Shown in pieces: positions 1 through 10,071 of a stretch of DNA of 57,674 nt; position 1 is the first letter of the stretch, and the number at the start of each line of letters is the position of its first letter. The notes beneath the pieces were generated by a model. That model saw only the letters and a program-made list of their open reading frames with translations, had not been told where the DNA came from and searched no databases. The position numbers were made by a program, and so were the translations under genes. The DNA lies in NCBI GenBank assembly GCA_038831915.1, contig JAWBKB010000009.1, positions 1 to 57,674 of the forward strand, read 5' to 3'. The stretch comes from Candidatus Caldarchaeum sp. (GTDB lineage: Archaea; Thermoproteota; Nitrososphaeria_A; Caldarchaeales; Caldarchaeaceae).

Positions 1-50
1 CCTAGACATACAACCAACGATATAATCGAAGACATGCATGAATGGGAGAG

Positions 51-221
51 CTACACCTCAGGCCATAGGCCTTTCCCCTTTCCAAAAGACTTAAGTAAAA
101 GTTGACAGTGCCCATCAAAATTCTGTATCAACACAGAATGTATCGCTTCTTTCAGGAGCGCAGCTCGGTTCAGCGTAGGAGTGATGATAGAGATTTTGGT
201 CAAACTCGTTGCTAACACCAT
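51..221 (-). pseudogene. Truncated GT2 glycosyltransferase N-terminal fragment (56 aa)
   Basis: Hand translation gives MVLATSLTKISIITPTLNRAALLKEAIHSVLIQNFD..., a typical GT2 start (SIIxPxxN...LxxAIxSVLxQ). It stops at TAG after 56 codons. Not in the ORF track. Confidence 0.7.
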
Positions 222-299
222 GGCCGATGTTAATATATATATACCTTGTGACTAAATGGGAAAATTAAAGAACAACGAAGAAGGAAATAGAGAGCATAC

Positions 300-1238
300 T
301 TGAGCAGCCACGTAGTAGTTACCGGCGGAGCTGGGTTCATAGGGTCGCACGTCGTCGAACTCCTGCTCAAAAAAGGATATACCGTGACGGTTATAGACGA
401 CCTGTCGGCTGGCCGCGTTTCAAACATCCCCGAGGAAGCTGAATTCGTCAAAAAAGACGTCAAGCAAATCGCTGCGGAAGACGTACGCGATGCCGGCGTC
501 GTGGTTCACTGCGATGCGCAGGTATCAACCTTTAAATCAGTGGACTACCCCGAAGAAGACTTCTTAAGAAACGCCGAAGGAACCTTCAGAATCCTTGAAA
601 CCCTGCGGAAACAAAACCCGAAAGCGCTGTTCATCTACACCAGCAGCAGAAGCGTCCACGGAGACATACCAGAGCCCCACATAGCCGACGAAAACTGGCC
701 ATTCAACCCCTCAACCTTCTACAACGTCCACAAGATATACGGCGAAATGCTCTGCAAAATCTACAACGGCCTCTACGGCATAAAATACGTCATCTTAAGG
801 CCGAGCAACGTCTACGGCCCACGCCAGCCCTACTAGGCTGGAGGATGGTACAACTTCATAGCATACTGGTTCGAGCTAGCCATCAAGCAGAAGCCGATAC
901 CGATATATGGTACAGGTGAACAAATCAGAGACTACACATACGTCGGCGACACAGCAAAAGCCTACATACAGGCGCTCGAAAACCCCGAAGCAGTCGGAGA
1001 AACATTCCTTCTACCGATAAGCGTGGGAACAACACTCAACCAGCTCGCAGAAAAAATAATCAAAATAACCGGAAGCAAGGCCGGCGTCGAATACCATCCG
1101 CCGAGAAAAGGCGACATACAAAGATTCGTGGGAAGTTATAGGAAAGCCTACGAGAAGCTGGGCTGGAAGCCCACAGTACCGTTGGACGAAGGATTAAAAA
1201 GGGAATACGAATGGATAATCAAAGAAATTAAAAAATGA
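300..1238 (+). pseudogene. NAD-dependent epimerase/dehydratase (GalE-like SDR) with in-frame TAG at 834-836
   Basis: TGGAGFIG Rossmann motif, YNVHK catalytic YxxxK and RPSNVYGPRQ. The frame continues past the TAG as AGGWYNFIAYWF...IYGTGEQIRDYTYVGD into ORF 1023-1238 (same frame). Confidence 0.85.
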
Positions 1239-1372
1239 ACCGACAGTATGCCCTGTATGTCTAATCCTCCCGCTAGAAGACCATTACCCACAACATCCTT
1301 ACTTACTAAGGATAATCCCAAGAACCCTTTATCCGGACACCATCACAGATGAGATGATGATAACATGGCAAT

Positions 1373-1807
1373 ATGGCTGCGGGGAGGCCTGTTGTCGCAA
1401 CCGACGTTGACGAATCATTTCCCATCCGAGCTTCCGTAGGCTCACAGGTTCCTGAGCTACCGGATATGATAGGTAACCAACGCTATGGTGTGTGGGTGGC
1501 AAAAGGCTCTGAAAAATGCCTCGACGTCCCTCTGCTGAACTTTACTCAACTAGTAGAGGCCTACAAGCCTGATGTCGTTAAAATTAACTGTGAGGGCTGC
1601 GAGCATTTCATAGCCGACGAGCTGCTTTCTTTACCTAAACTAGGCGTGCGGAAACTAATACTAGAGATGCACAACATGGGAGGGTCAGAACATAAAGAAC
1701 TTCTGCATAGGCTCGAGCAAAGATTTGGAACCGGAAGGATAACGCAGGTTAAAGATGACAGGGCAAATACTGTCATATGGGAATTTGACAAATCCAACCA
1801 AGCATGA
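1373..1807 (+). pseudogene. Chimeric remnant: GT4 C-terminal piece fused to an FkbM-like methyltransferase piece
   Basis: MAAGRPVVATDV is the GT4 (E)AMAxGxPVVAT motif. PDVVKINCEGCE...LILEMH resembles the FkbM (K-I-D-x-E-G-x-E) motif. Both are incomplete. Confidence 0.55.
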
Positions 1808-1910
1808 TCACATACAATGTCCTTTTAATCGTATGCAGCTAGCTATCCGACAGACCGCCTTCAACAAACCCTTTTTAACCCACTCAACATAACTTACATC
1901 GGGCTGTTGA

Positions 1911-2663
1911 ATGGCAGGAAAGCTCAGGCGTGAGTTCATCGAGCTGCTGGAGAAGGATGAGGAGTTCCGCTATATAGTGGCAGGCTATTTAGGGCTCTCT
2001 GAAATACTGAAGGAGTTGAAGAATCTTAGAGAGGGTCAGGAGAAGCTTTGGCAGGGCCAGGAAAAGCTATGGGAAGGGCAGAACAAGCTGTGGGAGGAGG
2101 TGAAAAGCCTTAGGGAAGGGCAGGAGAAGCTCTGGGAAAACCAGAACAAGCTATGGGAAGAGGTGAAAAGCCTTAGGGAGGGTCAGAACAAGCTGTGGGA
2201 GGGACAGGAGAAGCTCTGGGAGGAGACGAGGAGGACGCGGAACTACATGTTCACGGCCTTCGGCGAGCTGAAGGCCGCTTTAGGCGTCACATTCGAGATG
2301 CATGCAGCGGCTTACGTCGAGCTAATCCTTTACGAGATGGGGTACACGGGAGCCAAGGTCGAGAAGATGCACATCCTACACGAAGGAGAGGTTCTTGAGA
2401 TAGACATTTTCTCCGAAGACCCCTTGGTTGTAGGTGAGGTTACCGCCTCGCTCAGGGATGCAGCCTCAGCCTCAAGAGAGGTTGAAAAGCTTCTCACGCG
2501 GGTGAGGGCTGTGGAGGAAAAGTATGGGATGAAGCCTCTGCTGACGGTTCTCTCTGTAGCTACGGCGTCTAAGCAGGCGGCAGACAAGCTTATGGAAGAA
2601 GCCGAGAGACACGGCTTCAGGCTTGTATTGGGAAGAGAGATAGAGGAAGCCCTCCAGCTATGA
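1911..2663 (+). CDS. Archaeal coiled-coil repeat protein with C-terminal PD-(D/E)XK-like domain (DUF3782/paREP-like)
   Basis: N-terminal LLEKDEEFRYIVAGYLG, heptad repeats (LWEGQEK/LWEEVKS/LREGQ), then EIDI...VVGEVT restriction-endonuclease-like motif. Confidence 0.75.
   Translation: MAGKLRREFIELLEKDEEFRYIVAGYLGLSEILKELKNLREGQEKLWQGQEKLWEGQNKLWEEVKSLREGQEKLWENQNKLWEEVKSLREGQNKLWEGQEKLWEETRRTRNYMFTAFGELKAALGVTFEMHAAAYVELILYEMGYTGAKVEKMHILHEGEVLEIDIFSEDPLVVGEVTASLRDAASASREVEKLLTRVRAVEEKYGMKPLLTVLSVATASKQAADKLMEEAERHGFRLVLGREIEEALQL
2025..2225 (+). repeat. Intragenic degenerate 21-bp tandem repeat encoding heptads
   Basis: Units such as gagggtcaggagaagctttgg, gaagggcagaacaagctgtgg and gaggaggtgaaaagccttagg recur about 9-10 times. 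Confidence 0.85.
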
Positions 2664-2749
2664 CCAAAGCTTTGGACCAAACAGCTTAACCACTCTCTGA
2701 AAGCTCTATAACCACATAAACAATTCTGACCGCAAAAAGACAGGGGAAT

Positions 2750-3147
2750 ATGAGAAGAGAGGTGGAGAGATGGTTTTCTGATGCAGAGTGGGACCTGGAG
2801 ACGGCTATACTGCTTCACCGCAACGGCAGATACAACGCCTCATGTTTTTATGCCCAGCAAGCCGCTGAAAAGGCTGTTAAAGCTCAGCTCTACTCGGTAA
2901 ACCAGGCCCCATGGTGAAATAGTGTCAGAATCCTCCTAGAGAGATACATTCAGTCCAGCTCTGACGATCAAGCAGCTTAATTAATAAGCTCAGCTAGCGA
3001 GCTTGACAGACATTACAGACCATCCCGATATCCAAACGCCCACCACGCTGGCACGTCCCATGAAGCATACGATAAGAGGACTTCAAGGGAAGCTATTAGT
3101 AACGCCGAGAGTATTCTGTTTTCGTGAAGCAACGGCTTGGCAAGTAG
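2750..3147 (+). pseudogene. HEPN domain toxin, inactivated
   Basis: Hand translation: MRREVERWFSDAEWDLETAILLHRNGRYNASCFYAQQAAEKAVKA...PW*NSV...AA*LISSASELDRHYRPSRYPNAH. It has the HEPN QQAAEKAxKA and LDxHYxxxRYP motifs, two stops and a frameshift near the end. Confidence 0.85.
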
Positions 3148-3540
3148 TTGTCGGAAGAGCTCGCCAGCTACTTAGAGCGTGTGAGGAAGGTTTACCTTGT
3201 TCACGGCGCCATTTTGTTCGGCTCTTGGGCTAGGGGAGAACAAGCCCCATGGAGCGACGTCGATATACTGATAATCGCTGATTTTGAAGAACCCTACCTA
3301 GAAAGGCTGAAGAAATTGTTGGAGATGACCGAAGTCACAACACTGCCGCTCGAGCCTCACCAATACACTTTGGATGAAACGCTGAAGATGTTAGAGGTTG
3401 GAAACGCCACTGTGGTCGACGCTTTGGAGGAAGGCACCGTGGTGTATGAGGATGAACAGCTCGGTTCGGTTAGGAAGAAATACATGGAGCTAAAGGCTGA
3501 GGGAAAGCTAAGAGGAACCGACCACACAATCTCCATCTAA
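3148..3540 (+). CDS. Minimal nucleotidyltransferase (MNT antitoxin)
   Basis: LFGSWARGE...SDVDILII (GS...DxD) motif, directly abutting the HEPN gene. Confidence 0.85.
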   Translation: MSEELASYLERVRKVYLVHGAILFGSWARGEQAPWSDVDILIIADFEEPYLERLKKLLEMTEVTTLPLEPHQYTLDETLKMLEVGNATVVDALEEGTVVYEDEQLGSVRKKYMELKAEGKLRGTDHTISI

Positions 3541-3667
3541 AAGTCAACGAACAGGCCGGGAGATTGCGGAACTATATGATGGCTGCCATCAGTGGGCTAC
3601 GGCAGTAGGCGATGCCTACGAGATGGAATAACCACATAAACAACCCCAAGCACCCCTAAACAATGGA

Positions 3668-4834
3668 ATGTTATCCGTGATGACGTTCATTGGCAAGGTC
3701 GGAGGCCTGAAAGTAGCATCGCTCCACGCCCAATACCTTGAAGAATACGTTTCTCTCTCCAAGTTTGTTGACAGAATCACGATAGTAACAGACACTGTAG
3801 AGTATATGCCTCCAGACCTGCCGTCGAACGTCGAAATTCTGCAAACAAACAAGATAAAAATCCCAAAGGTCTACGGGTTGACGAAGGTATTCAACTACAG
3901 TCTTCCACCTTTGCTGAAAATGAGAAACACAAACGTTGTGTACGTCAGAACCTTTAGCCCCCCAGAGCTAACCGCTCTTTGGCTGTCTGGAAAACTCAGG
4001 CGAGTACCATCGGTGCTCACAATTGGCGGCACATGGCTGTTCGGAAAACCTTACGAAAAACCATCTGCGAAAAAATCACTTTTCAGATGGATTTTAAGAA
4101 AGGCGGCACAGACGGCCACCCGCATTACAGTATACTCTCGATATATGCTTCCAGAAGTCAAGTATTTTCTCCCACATCTCGACGAGAATAAGCTTCGGAT
4201 AATACATAACTCCATAAAGACGGACAGGTTTAGGCCCGGTCTGCCTCCGCCGAAACAGTGGCTGGATAAGGGAAAGCGTAGAGTTTTCTGGGTTGGAAGA
4301 ATCAACGAGGGAAAAGGAGTTGAAGATTTGATAACTGCATTTGTCCGAGTGGCCCAAACTGTGAAAGATGTTGAGCTATGGATAGCGGGGACAGGCGACA
4401 GAGCATACATAAACTATCTAAAGAAAAAAACTGAGACGCTCGGATTGGAAGGCAGAGTTGTCTTCCCGGGCCCGATACCAAACGAGCTTGTCCCACGGTA
4501 CATGGCGAACGCTGCGGTTTTCCCCTATCCATCCAGGGGAGGAGAAGGCATACCGAGAGCTTTGCTTGAAGCCATGGCCTGCGAAACACCAGTCGTCGCT
4601 ACGAAAGTCTCCGGCATACCGGATGCTGTTGTAAACGGTGAGACAGGGCTGTTGGTAAAAAGGCAAGACGTTACGGGATTAGCCGCCGCCATCGAGACCC
4701 TCCTCATCGATGAAAAACTAGCCCGCCGTTTAGGACAACAAGCCAGGAAGAAAATAGTTGACGAGTTTAGCCATGAAGTAGTCATTCCAAAAATAGCCTG
4801 CCTCCTCAAAGAAGTTTCTGAACAAAACCATTGA
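3668..4834 (+). CDS. Glycosyltransferase family 4
   Basis: VGRINEGKG and EGIPRALLEAMACETPVVAT motifs; 388 aa. Confidence 0.9.
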   Translation: MLSVMTFIGKVGGLKVASLHAQYLEEYVSLSKFVDRITIVTDTVEYMPPDLPSNVEILQTNKIKIPKVYGLTKVFNYSLPPLLKMRNTNVVYVRTFSPPELTALWLSGKLRRVPSVLTIGGTWLFGKPYEKPSAKKSLFRWILRKAAQTATRITVYSRYMLPEVKYFLPHLDENKLRIIHNSIKTDRFRPGLPPPKQWLDKGKRRVFWVGRINEGKGVEDLITAFVRVAQTVKDVELWIAGTGDRAYINYLKKKTETLGLEGRVVFPGPIPNELVPRYMANAAVFPYPSRGGEGIPRALLEAMACETPVVATKVSGIPDAVVNGETGLLVKRQDVTGLAAAIETLLIDEKLARRLGQQARKKIVDEFSHEVVIPKIACLLKEVSEQNH

Positions 4835-5126
4835 TTAAACGAGTCACATGAATCGACAAATGCTGGTAATTTGACGACACGTTTGAAGAGGAGTAGACCT
4901 CATCGGCCATAGGCTTAGTTGTTTAAGAGACGCGGCTTAAGAGAGCGAAGCGGGTCGCAGAATATTGTCCATGGAATGTTTTGAAGATATTAGTAGAAAC
5001 GAGTTCGGAGGTTTACCTCACATTGTAAGCTTGAGTTTGTCTAAAAACAGCTTAGTTGCTTGCGTCTATCCAACATTTTTATACACAGCCGCCATCCGTT
5101 ACACAGGTGGACGAGGGGCGCCGCTG

Positions 5127-5735
5127 ATGTCGAGCAGGAAGCCATGAAGCTCCTCAGGGAGGATGAGGAGTTTCGGTTTGCGGTGGCTGGGTTGATAGGC
5201 CTTGAGGATATAAGGGTGGGGATAGCTAGGTTCGAGGATGCTAGGGCTAAGCTTGCTGATGCACAGGCCAGGCTCGAAGAGAGACAGACGAGGCTTGAGG
5301 AGGCTTTGGCTAAGCTAGCCGAGGCACAGGCTATGACCGAAACAGCTTTCCAGGAACTGATGAAACAGGTTGACAGGCTTTCGGATGTGGTTGGTTTTGG
5401 GCTTAAGGACATGCGAGAGTCGTGATTCCTGGATGGCTTTACAGACATGAAGGGATGGTTGTGGATGAGTTGCAGAGAAAGTTCGTCGAAGTTAACGGTG
5501 AAGAGGTTGAGGTAAACCTTAACGGCGAGGGCAGTAGGGATAGCGAGAAAATAGTGGTGATAGGTGAGACAAAGGCAGTGATATACAGGAGCGAAGTGGA
5601 GGGTTTCGTCAAAAACGCGGAGAAGCTAATAACCGGAAGGTGTACATGCTCATGTTCGGATACCTTATACATTCAACAGCAGAGGCTAAGGTCAAGAAGA
5701 AGGGCATAACACTCATCGCGTCATACATGCGATGA
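5127..5735 (+). pseudogene. Second coiled-coil/PD-(D/E)XK-like (DUF3782/paREP-like) protein, frameshifted
   Basis: LLREDEEFRFAVAGLIG, heptads and LSDVVGFGL, then a frameshift into IPGWLYRH...EVEVNL...VIGETK, then another into VYMLMFGYLIH...ITLIASYMR* (TGA 5733-5735). Confidence 0.7.
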
Positions 5736-5748
5736 GGGGCCGGCTTCT

Positions 5749-6744
5749 TTAGACGTCTTTTTCAAAAATCTTGAGATATGCCTCCGCATATCTTCTGACT
5801 GCCTTGTTCCATTCAAACCTTGATTCAACCACTTCCCTGCCGCGGACACCCATCTCCTGACGCAAAGCAGGGTTTTCGAGAAGCTGCAAAACATGCTGAG
5901 CCAAGAGCATGCTGTTTCTTTCTTGTATGATGAATCCCTCACGTCCATGGGTGAATACTTCGGGAACGAGGCCGACCGCCGTCGAGACGAAAGGGGTTTG
6001 GCATGCTGCTGCCTCGAAAACGGTTCGGGGCCCGCCTTCATGTAAAGATGTGCAGACGAACACGGCTGCCTCGTTGTAATGCTTGACCAGTTCATCTTGG
6101 TCCACCCAGCCAAAAAACCTCACAACATTTTCCAACCCACGTCTCTGCACCAAAGCTTCAAGCCTAGCTCTCTCTGGCCCATCACCGACAATCCTTACAT
6201 CCAGCGAATGAAAAGCCTTGAGGACGTAGGGAACAGCATCGATAAGAAGGTCGAGCCCCTTTTGGCTGACCAACCTAGAAATGGACAAAACAACGGGCCC
6301 CCTCTCGCTGTGCGTGGTCAGTGGACGGAACTGCTCCAGTTTAATATATATGGATGGAATAACTATAATGTGTCGAAGGCCCCAAGACTTGAGAATTCCG
6401 GCAATCTGATTGCTGACGGCTCTGACGAGATCCGACGACCTCAAGACGATTTTTGCAGCCAACAGGTCCTTTGTGGGCAGGAAACCTTTTTGGAGATAGT
6501 TGCTGTGAACCTCGCATATGAGGGCTGCGCCCGTCAGCTTGGCCTGTGCGAGTGCTGAAATTCCAATCCTTAAAGTGGGTTCTTGGGCTATTACAAGGTC
6601 GTATGGTTTCATCTTCCAAGTGAATCCTGTGGAAACATCCACCTCTCCCCAATACTTCCGGAGATCTTCCAAAGCTATCGACGGCTTTCTTCCCACCATC
6701 AATACCTTCATAACACTGCATCCCGCCAAAAGGCCGTGCAACAA
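5749..6744 (-). CDS. Glycosyltransferase family 4
   Basis: SRLVSQKG and EGGPRTVFEAAACQTPFVST motifs. True start is probably MKVLMV (about 6711). Confidence 0.88.
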   Translation of the reverse strand: MLHGLLAGCSVMKVLMVGRKPSIALEDLRKYWGEVDVSTGFTWKMKPYDLVIAQEPTLRIGISALAQAKLTGAALICEVHSNYLQKGFLPTKDLLAAKIVLRSSDLVRAVSNQIAGILKSWGLRHIIVIPSIYIKLEQFRPLTTHSERGPVVLSISRLVSQKGLDLLIDAVPYVLKAFHSLDVRIVGDGPERARLEALVQRRGLENVVRFFGWVDQDELVKHYNEAAVFVCTSLHEGGPRTVFEAAACQTPFVSTAVGLVPEVFTHGREGFIIQERNSMLLAQHVLQLLENPALRQEMGVRGREVVESRFEWNKAVRRYAEAYLKIFEKDV

Positions 6745-6759
6745 AAAAATAATGTTTCT

Positions 6760-7320
6760 ATACCCATGACCGATGAGTGAAATTTCTCAACTTCGTCGCA
6801 TGTAATTATTTTTCCCGCGTTGATCCTGATGTATCGCCTGCCGAAGTTTCTTTATCTATTCTTTCAGCTTGACTTTGTTTCTTTATGTGTATTTTTTCGG
6901 CGCGGATTCTTCGTATTTTACGGAGAATGTTTGACGGATAAGGCGGTATGGGAACTTCGACATGTTGGCTTCGGGCGGCGGATGAACCGTGTATGGGTAC
7001 ATGCGGATAGATTTGGTCTGACGACATTTAGCGTTTTGACGCCGGGCGAAACCACGTGAAACAGAGAATCGATGTTTGCGAGTTGTGCGAGCACAACCAA
7101 TAAGGTGACCATGCCTTTGCGGCTACTATCTTTCCGTTGAGAAATTGTCATCACATAAAATGACACTGAGTTTTTCAATTCTTTGACCTCTGGATATCTT
7201 TATCCAAGGGAGCTTTGGTCAAAACCGCTGAATCGCACACCGATTTTTCTCTTTCGAGACATGGTAAACAGATTCTGTGACAACGGGTGGGGTGGTGTCC
7301 ATCGTGGCAGTCAACGAATC
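6760..7320 (-). pseudogene. Degraded CARF protein, Csx14/Crn1-like (candidate cOA ring nuclease), with possible C-terminal wHTH
   Basis: Fragments lie in different frames: ATMDTTPPVVTESVY (cf. GTSPPVVTE), SSRKGMVTLLVVLAQLANIDSLFHVVSP (cf. GGRKxM) and VEVPIPPYP, with multiple stops and frameshifts. Boundaries are approximate. Confidence 0.55.
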
Positions 7321-7387
7321 GCTGCAGAAAAACGGAGAGCTTATTTTTAGTCTTAAAAGATATACGTTTCCAAAGCGTCTCAATGCT

Positions 7388-8735
7388 GTGCCCGACGTCA
7401 CGGTCGCGGTACAAGTTTTGGGCCCGACAAAATATTCTCCAATTCGGTTCGTGTTCTATGACGGCAAAATAGAGGTTGAAAGCAGGTTTTGTTCCACGGC
7501 GATTGCGGAAAAAGAGGGAGGCGAAGCTGTTTTTCTAGCTCCTGAAAGCCTGTCTGCATCGCTCGCCGAACACGTTGATGATTGCTGCGAGCTATTCAGG
7601 AACAGGGAGCGACTAGTACAGAGGATTCATGAAAAGATTTTGCAGGATGAAAAAGCTGAAGTGGTGCTTGTTCCCAGCATCGGCGTCTATCAAGGAAAAG
7701 ATAGGTTTCCAATCGTTTTCGCCGGCGATTTCGCGACCGTGGAAGCTTTCATGTTTATTTTCTTCGTCAGACAAATCCGTCAAAACAAAAAATCGTTTTT
7801 GATGTTTCAACCGGGTTGAACATTTATCCTTCCCTTGGCATTCGAGCGCTTTACAACGCCGTCGTGTATCAGCTGTTGCTTGGTTTTCTTCCCGCTTTGA
7901 AAGAAGGTTTTCGAGGCGAACAGCACCGGTTTGCTTTCTATCCTCCGATACTGGCCGAAACAAAATATGTAAACGTGAATTTTCAACCCATTCGCACGAA
8001 TGTTCGCTATGATTTTCAAATTTGGCCTGAAAAAATTAGAACAGTGCACAACAGTCTTCGGGCTTTGGGAATCGATTTAAAAGAAACGAATATAACGGCG
8101 ATTCTTCTGAATGGCTTGAGGGCGTTTAACTGTATCCGCTACAACACGCCTCTTCCACTTTACCGCGCTGACATCATCCATTTGTTTGAGCCGGAAACAG
8201 TCGATAAAGTTGAGTCGATGATAATCGACGGTCTGGGAAGCGCTGTCCGCAATCATAAGTTGGTATGCGAGTCTGACAACAAAATTATTGTGTATCGTGC
8301 TTCTCATGATTTTGATTTCGCGCGAAGCGTCTTGCTTTGGCTGTGACCAAGCATTTTATGAAAATCGTCGGAGGGGCGCGTGGTCAACGGTGTGAAGAAG
8401 GTGTGCCTTTGGAATTAATGAAAAATTTTTTTGTTGAGAAGATTTATGGTAAGGCGGGACTGTTCAGGCTGAATGTAGACCTCCTCCAATTCGAGCTCGA
8501 TAGCATCAAGAAAAGCAGCGAAAGATTGGCTACGGACGAAAAGATGACGCTTCAGTCGCTTATGCAGGCGGGTGGTTCACAGAACTTTGAAAGGAATTTT
8601 TTTGCTCACAGTGGTTTCCTAAAGGATATCACAACTCTGCATAAAGACAAACAGGGCCGCCTTTTTCTGGATTACAACTTTAGAAACACTTCAATTAATA
8701 GTTCGACTGTTCAGGGCTGGCTTTCGAACGCTTAA
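7388..8735 (+). pseudogene. csx1: CRISPR-associated CARF-HEPN ribonuclease Csx1, split by two frameshifts
   Basis: Three consecutive ORFs, each offset by -1. Rejoining gives VLGP...FLAPESL (CARF N-terminus), DVSTGLNIY (DxTHG-type motif) at about 7801 and the C-terminal HEPN RNFFAHSGF (R-X4-H). Confidence 0.8.
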
Positions 8736-10071
8736 TCGGCATGAGTAAGCTGGCCGAGCCGATTCCGACGTATGTGATTTTTCCAGCATATTTTTCGGGG
8801 TTGTAGATTCTTCTGCCGTCGATTACGACAGGTTGTTTCATGTGTTTGATGAAGTCTATGGGTTTGAGTTTTTCGAAGATTTTCCATTCTGTCGCTATGA
8901 TGCAGAAGTCTGCGTCTTGAAGGCATTCGGTCGGTGTTTTGGCGTACGTGATTTTTCCAAGGTAGATTTTGGCAACGTTCTCCATGGCTGCTGGGTCGTA
9001 GACCGTGACTTCGCAGCCTTTTTCGAGAAGTTTGTCGATGATTTTGAGCGAAACTGCTTCACGGATGTCGTCTGTGTTTGGTTTAAATGCGAGTCCAAGA
9101 ACTGCTGCTTTTTTCCCGCGAAGGTCTCCTATGAGTTGTTCGGCTAGTTCAACAGCTTTTAGTGGCTGGTTCTGGTTGACTTTTTCGACCGCTTCTATCA
9201 TGACAGGGTTTTCACCCAGTTCTTTGGCATAGGCCGCCACCGCCTTAACGTCTTTCGGAAAACAGCTGCCGCCGTAACCGAGGCCAGCGTTGAGAAAGTG
9301 GGGCCCGATTCTTCTGTCCATGCCGACGCCTTTGGCGACGACTTTTATGTCTGCGCCCGGGATTCGTTGGCAGATGTTGGCGAATTCGTTTATCAGGCTT
9401 ATTCGGGCTGCGAGGAAGACGTTGTTTGCGTATTTTATCATTTCGGCGTTGACGGTGTTTGTGATGAGGAGAGGCGGCATTCTCTCGCCGTAAAATTTTG
9501 TGTAAAGTCGTTTTAGTGTCCGTGCCCCACCTTCCCAGTCGTCGCCAACCACTATCCTGTCTGGTTGGAACGTGTCTTGAACGGCTGAGCCTTCACGCAG
9601 AAATTCAGGGTTTGCGCACAAGTTAAAATCGGTTCCAACGGTTTTGTGGGATTTTTTTTCGATGTTTGTTTTGACGAGGTTTCTCGTTGTGCCGGGGATC
9701 ACCGTGCTTTTAACAACCACTGTGGGTTTTCGCTTTGTTTTGGAAATGGCTTCGCCGATGTTTGCGGCCGCGGCTGAAACATGTGTTAAATCGATGGAGC
9801 CATCGGGCTTTGAAGGGGTGCCGACCGTGATGAAGATAACATCGACAGCGGAGAGGGATTTGAAATCCGTGGTCGCCTCAAATCTTTTCGCCTTCAGGAC
9901 ACGTTTCAACATGGGCTGCAGTCCTGGTTCGGTTAAAGGAGTTATTCCGTCGTTGATTTGCTGGACTTTTTCGTCTTCGATGTCGACTCCGACTACTGTG
10001 AATCCTCGATAAGCCATGCAAACAGCAGTAGTGAGCCCGACGTAGCCAAGTCCGACGAAGCCTATTTTCAA
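8695..10071 (-). CDS. ugd: UDP-glucose/GDP-mannose 6-dehydrogenase
   Basis: GLGYVG, PEFLREG, KYANN and catalytic GGSCFPKD motifs. Confidence 0.93.
   Translation of the reverse strand: MKIGFVGLGYVGLTTAVCMAYRGFTVVGVDIEDEKVQQINDGITPLTEPGLQPMLKRVLKAKRFEATTDFKSLSAVDVIFITVGTPSKPDGSIDLTHVSAAAANIGEAISKTKRKPTVVVKSTVIPGTTRNLVKTNIEKKSHKTVGTDFNLCANPEFLREGSAVQDTFQPDRIVVGDDWEGGARTLKRLYTKFYGERMPPLLITNTVNAEMIKYANNVFLAARISLINEFANICQRIPGADIKVVAKGVGMDRRIGPHFLNAGLGYGGSCFPKDVKAVAAYAKELGENPVMIEAVEKVNQNQPLKAVELAEQLIGDLRGKKAAVLGLAFKPNTDDIREAVSLKIIDKLLEKGCEVTVYDPAAMENVAKIYLGKITYAKTPTECLQDADFCIIATEWKIFEKLKPIDFIKHMKQPVVIDGRRIYNPEKYAGKITYVGIGSASLLMPIKRSKASPEQSNY

Noticed and set aside
2025-2225. Short tandem repeats as a CRISPR array
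   Set aside because: The units are in-frame degenerate 21-bp coding repeats with no unique spacers. No CRISPR array was seen anywhere in the window.
2750-3147. In-frame TGA in HEPN as selenocysteine
   Set aside because: The position probably corresponds to Gly (PWGHS-like motif), and the gene also has a TAA and a frameshift.
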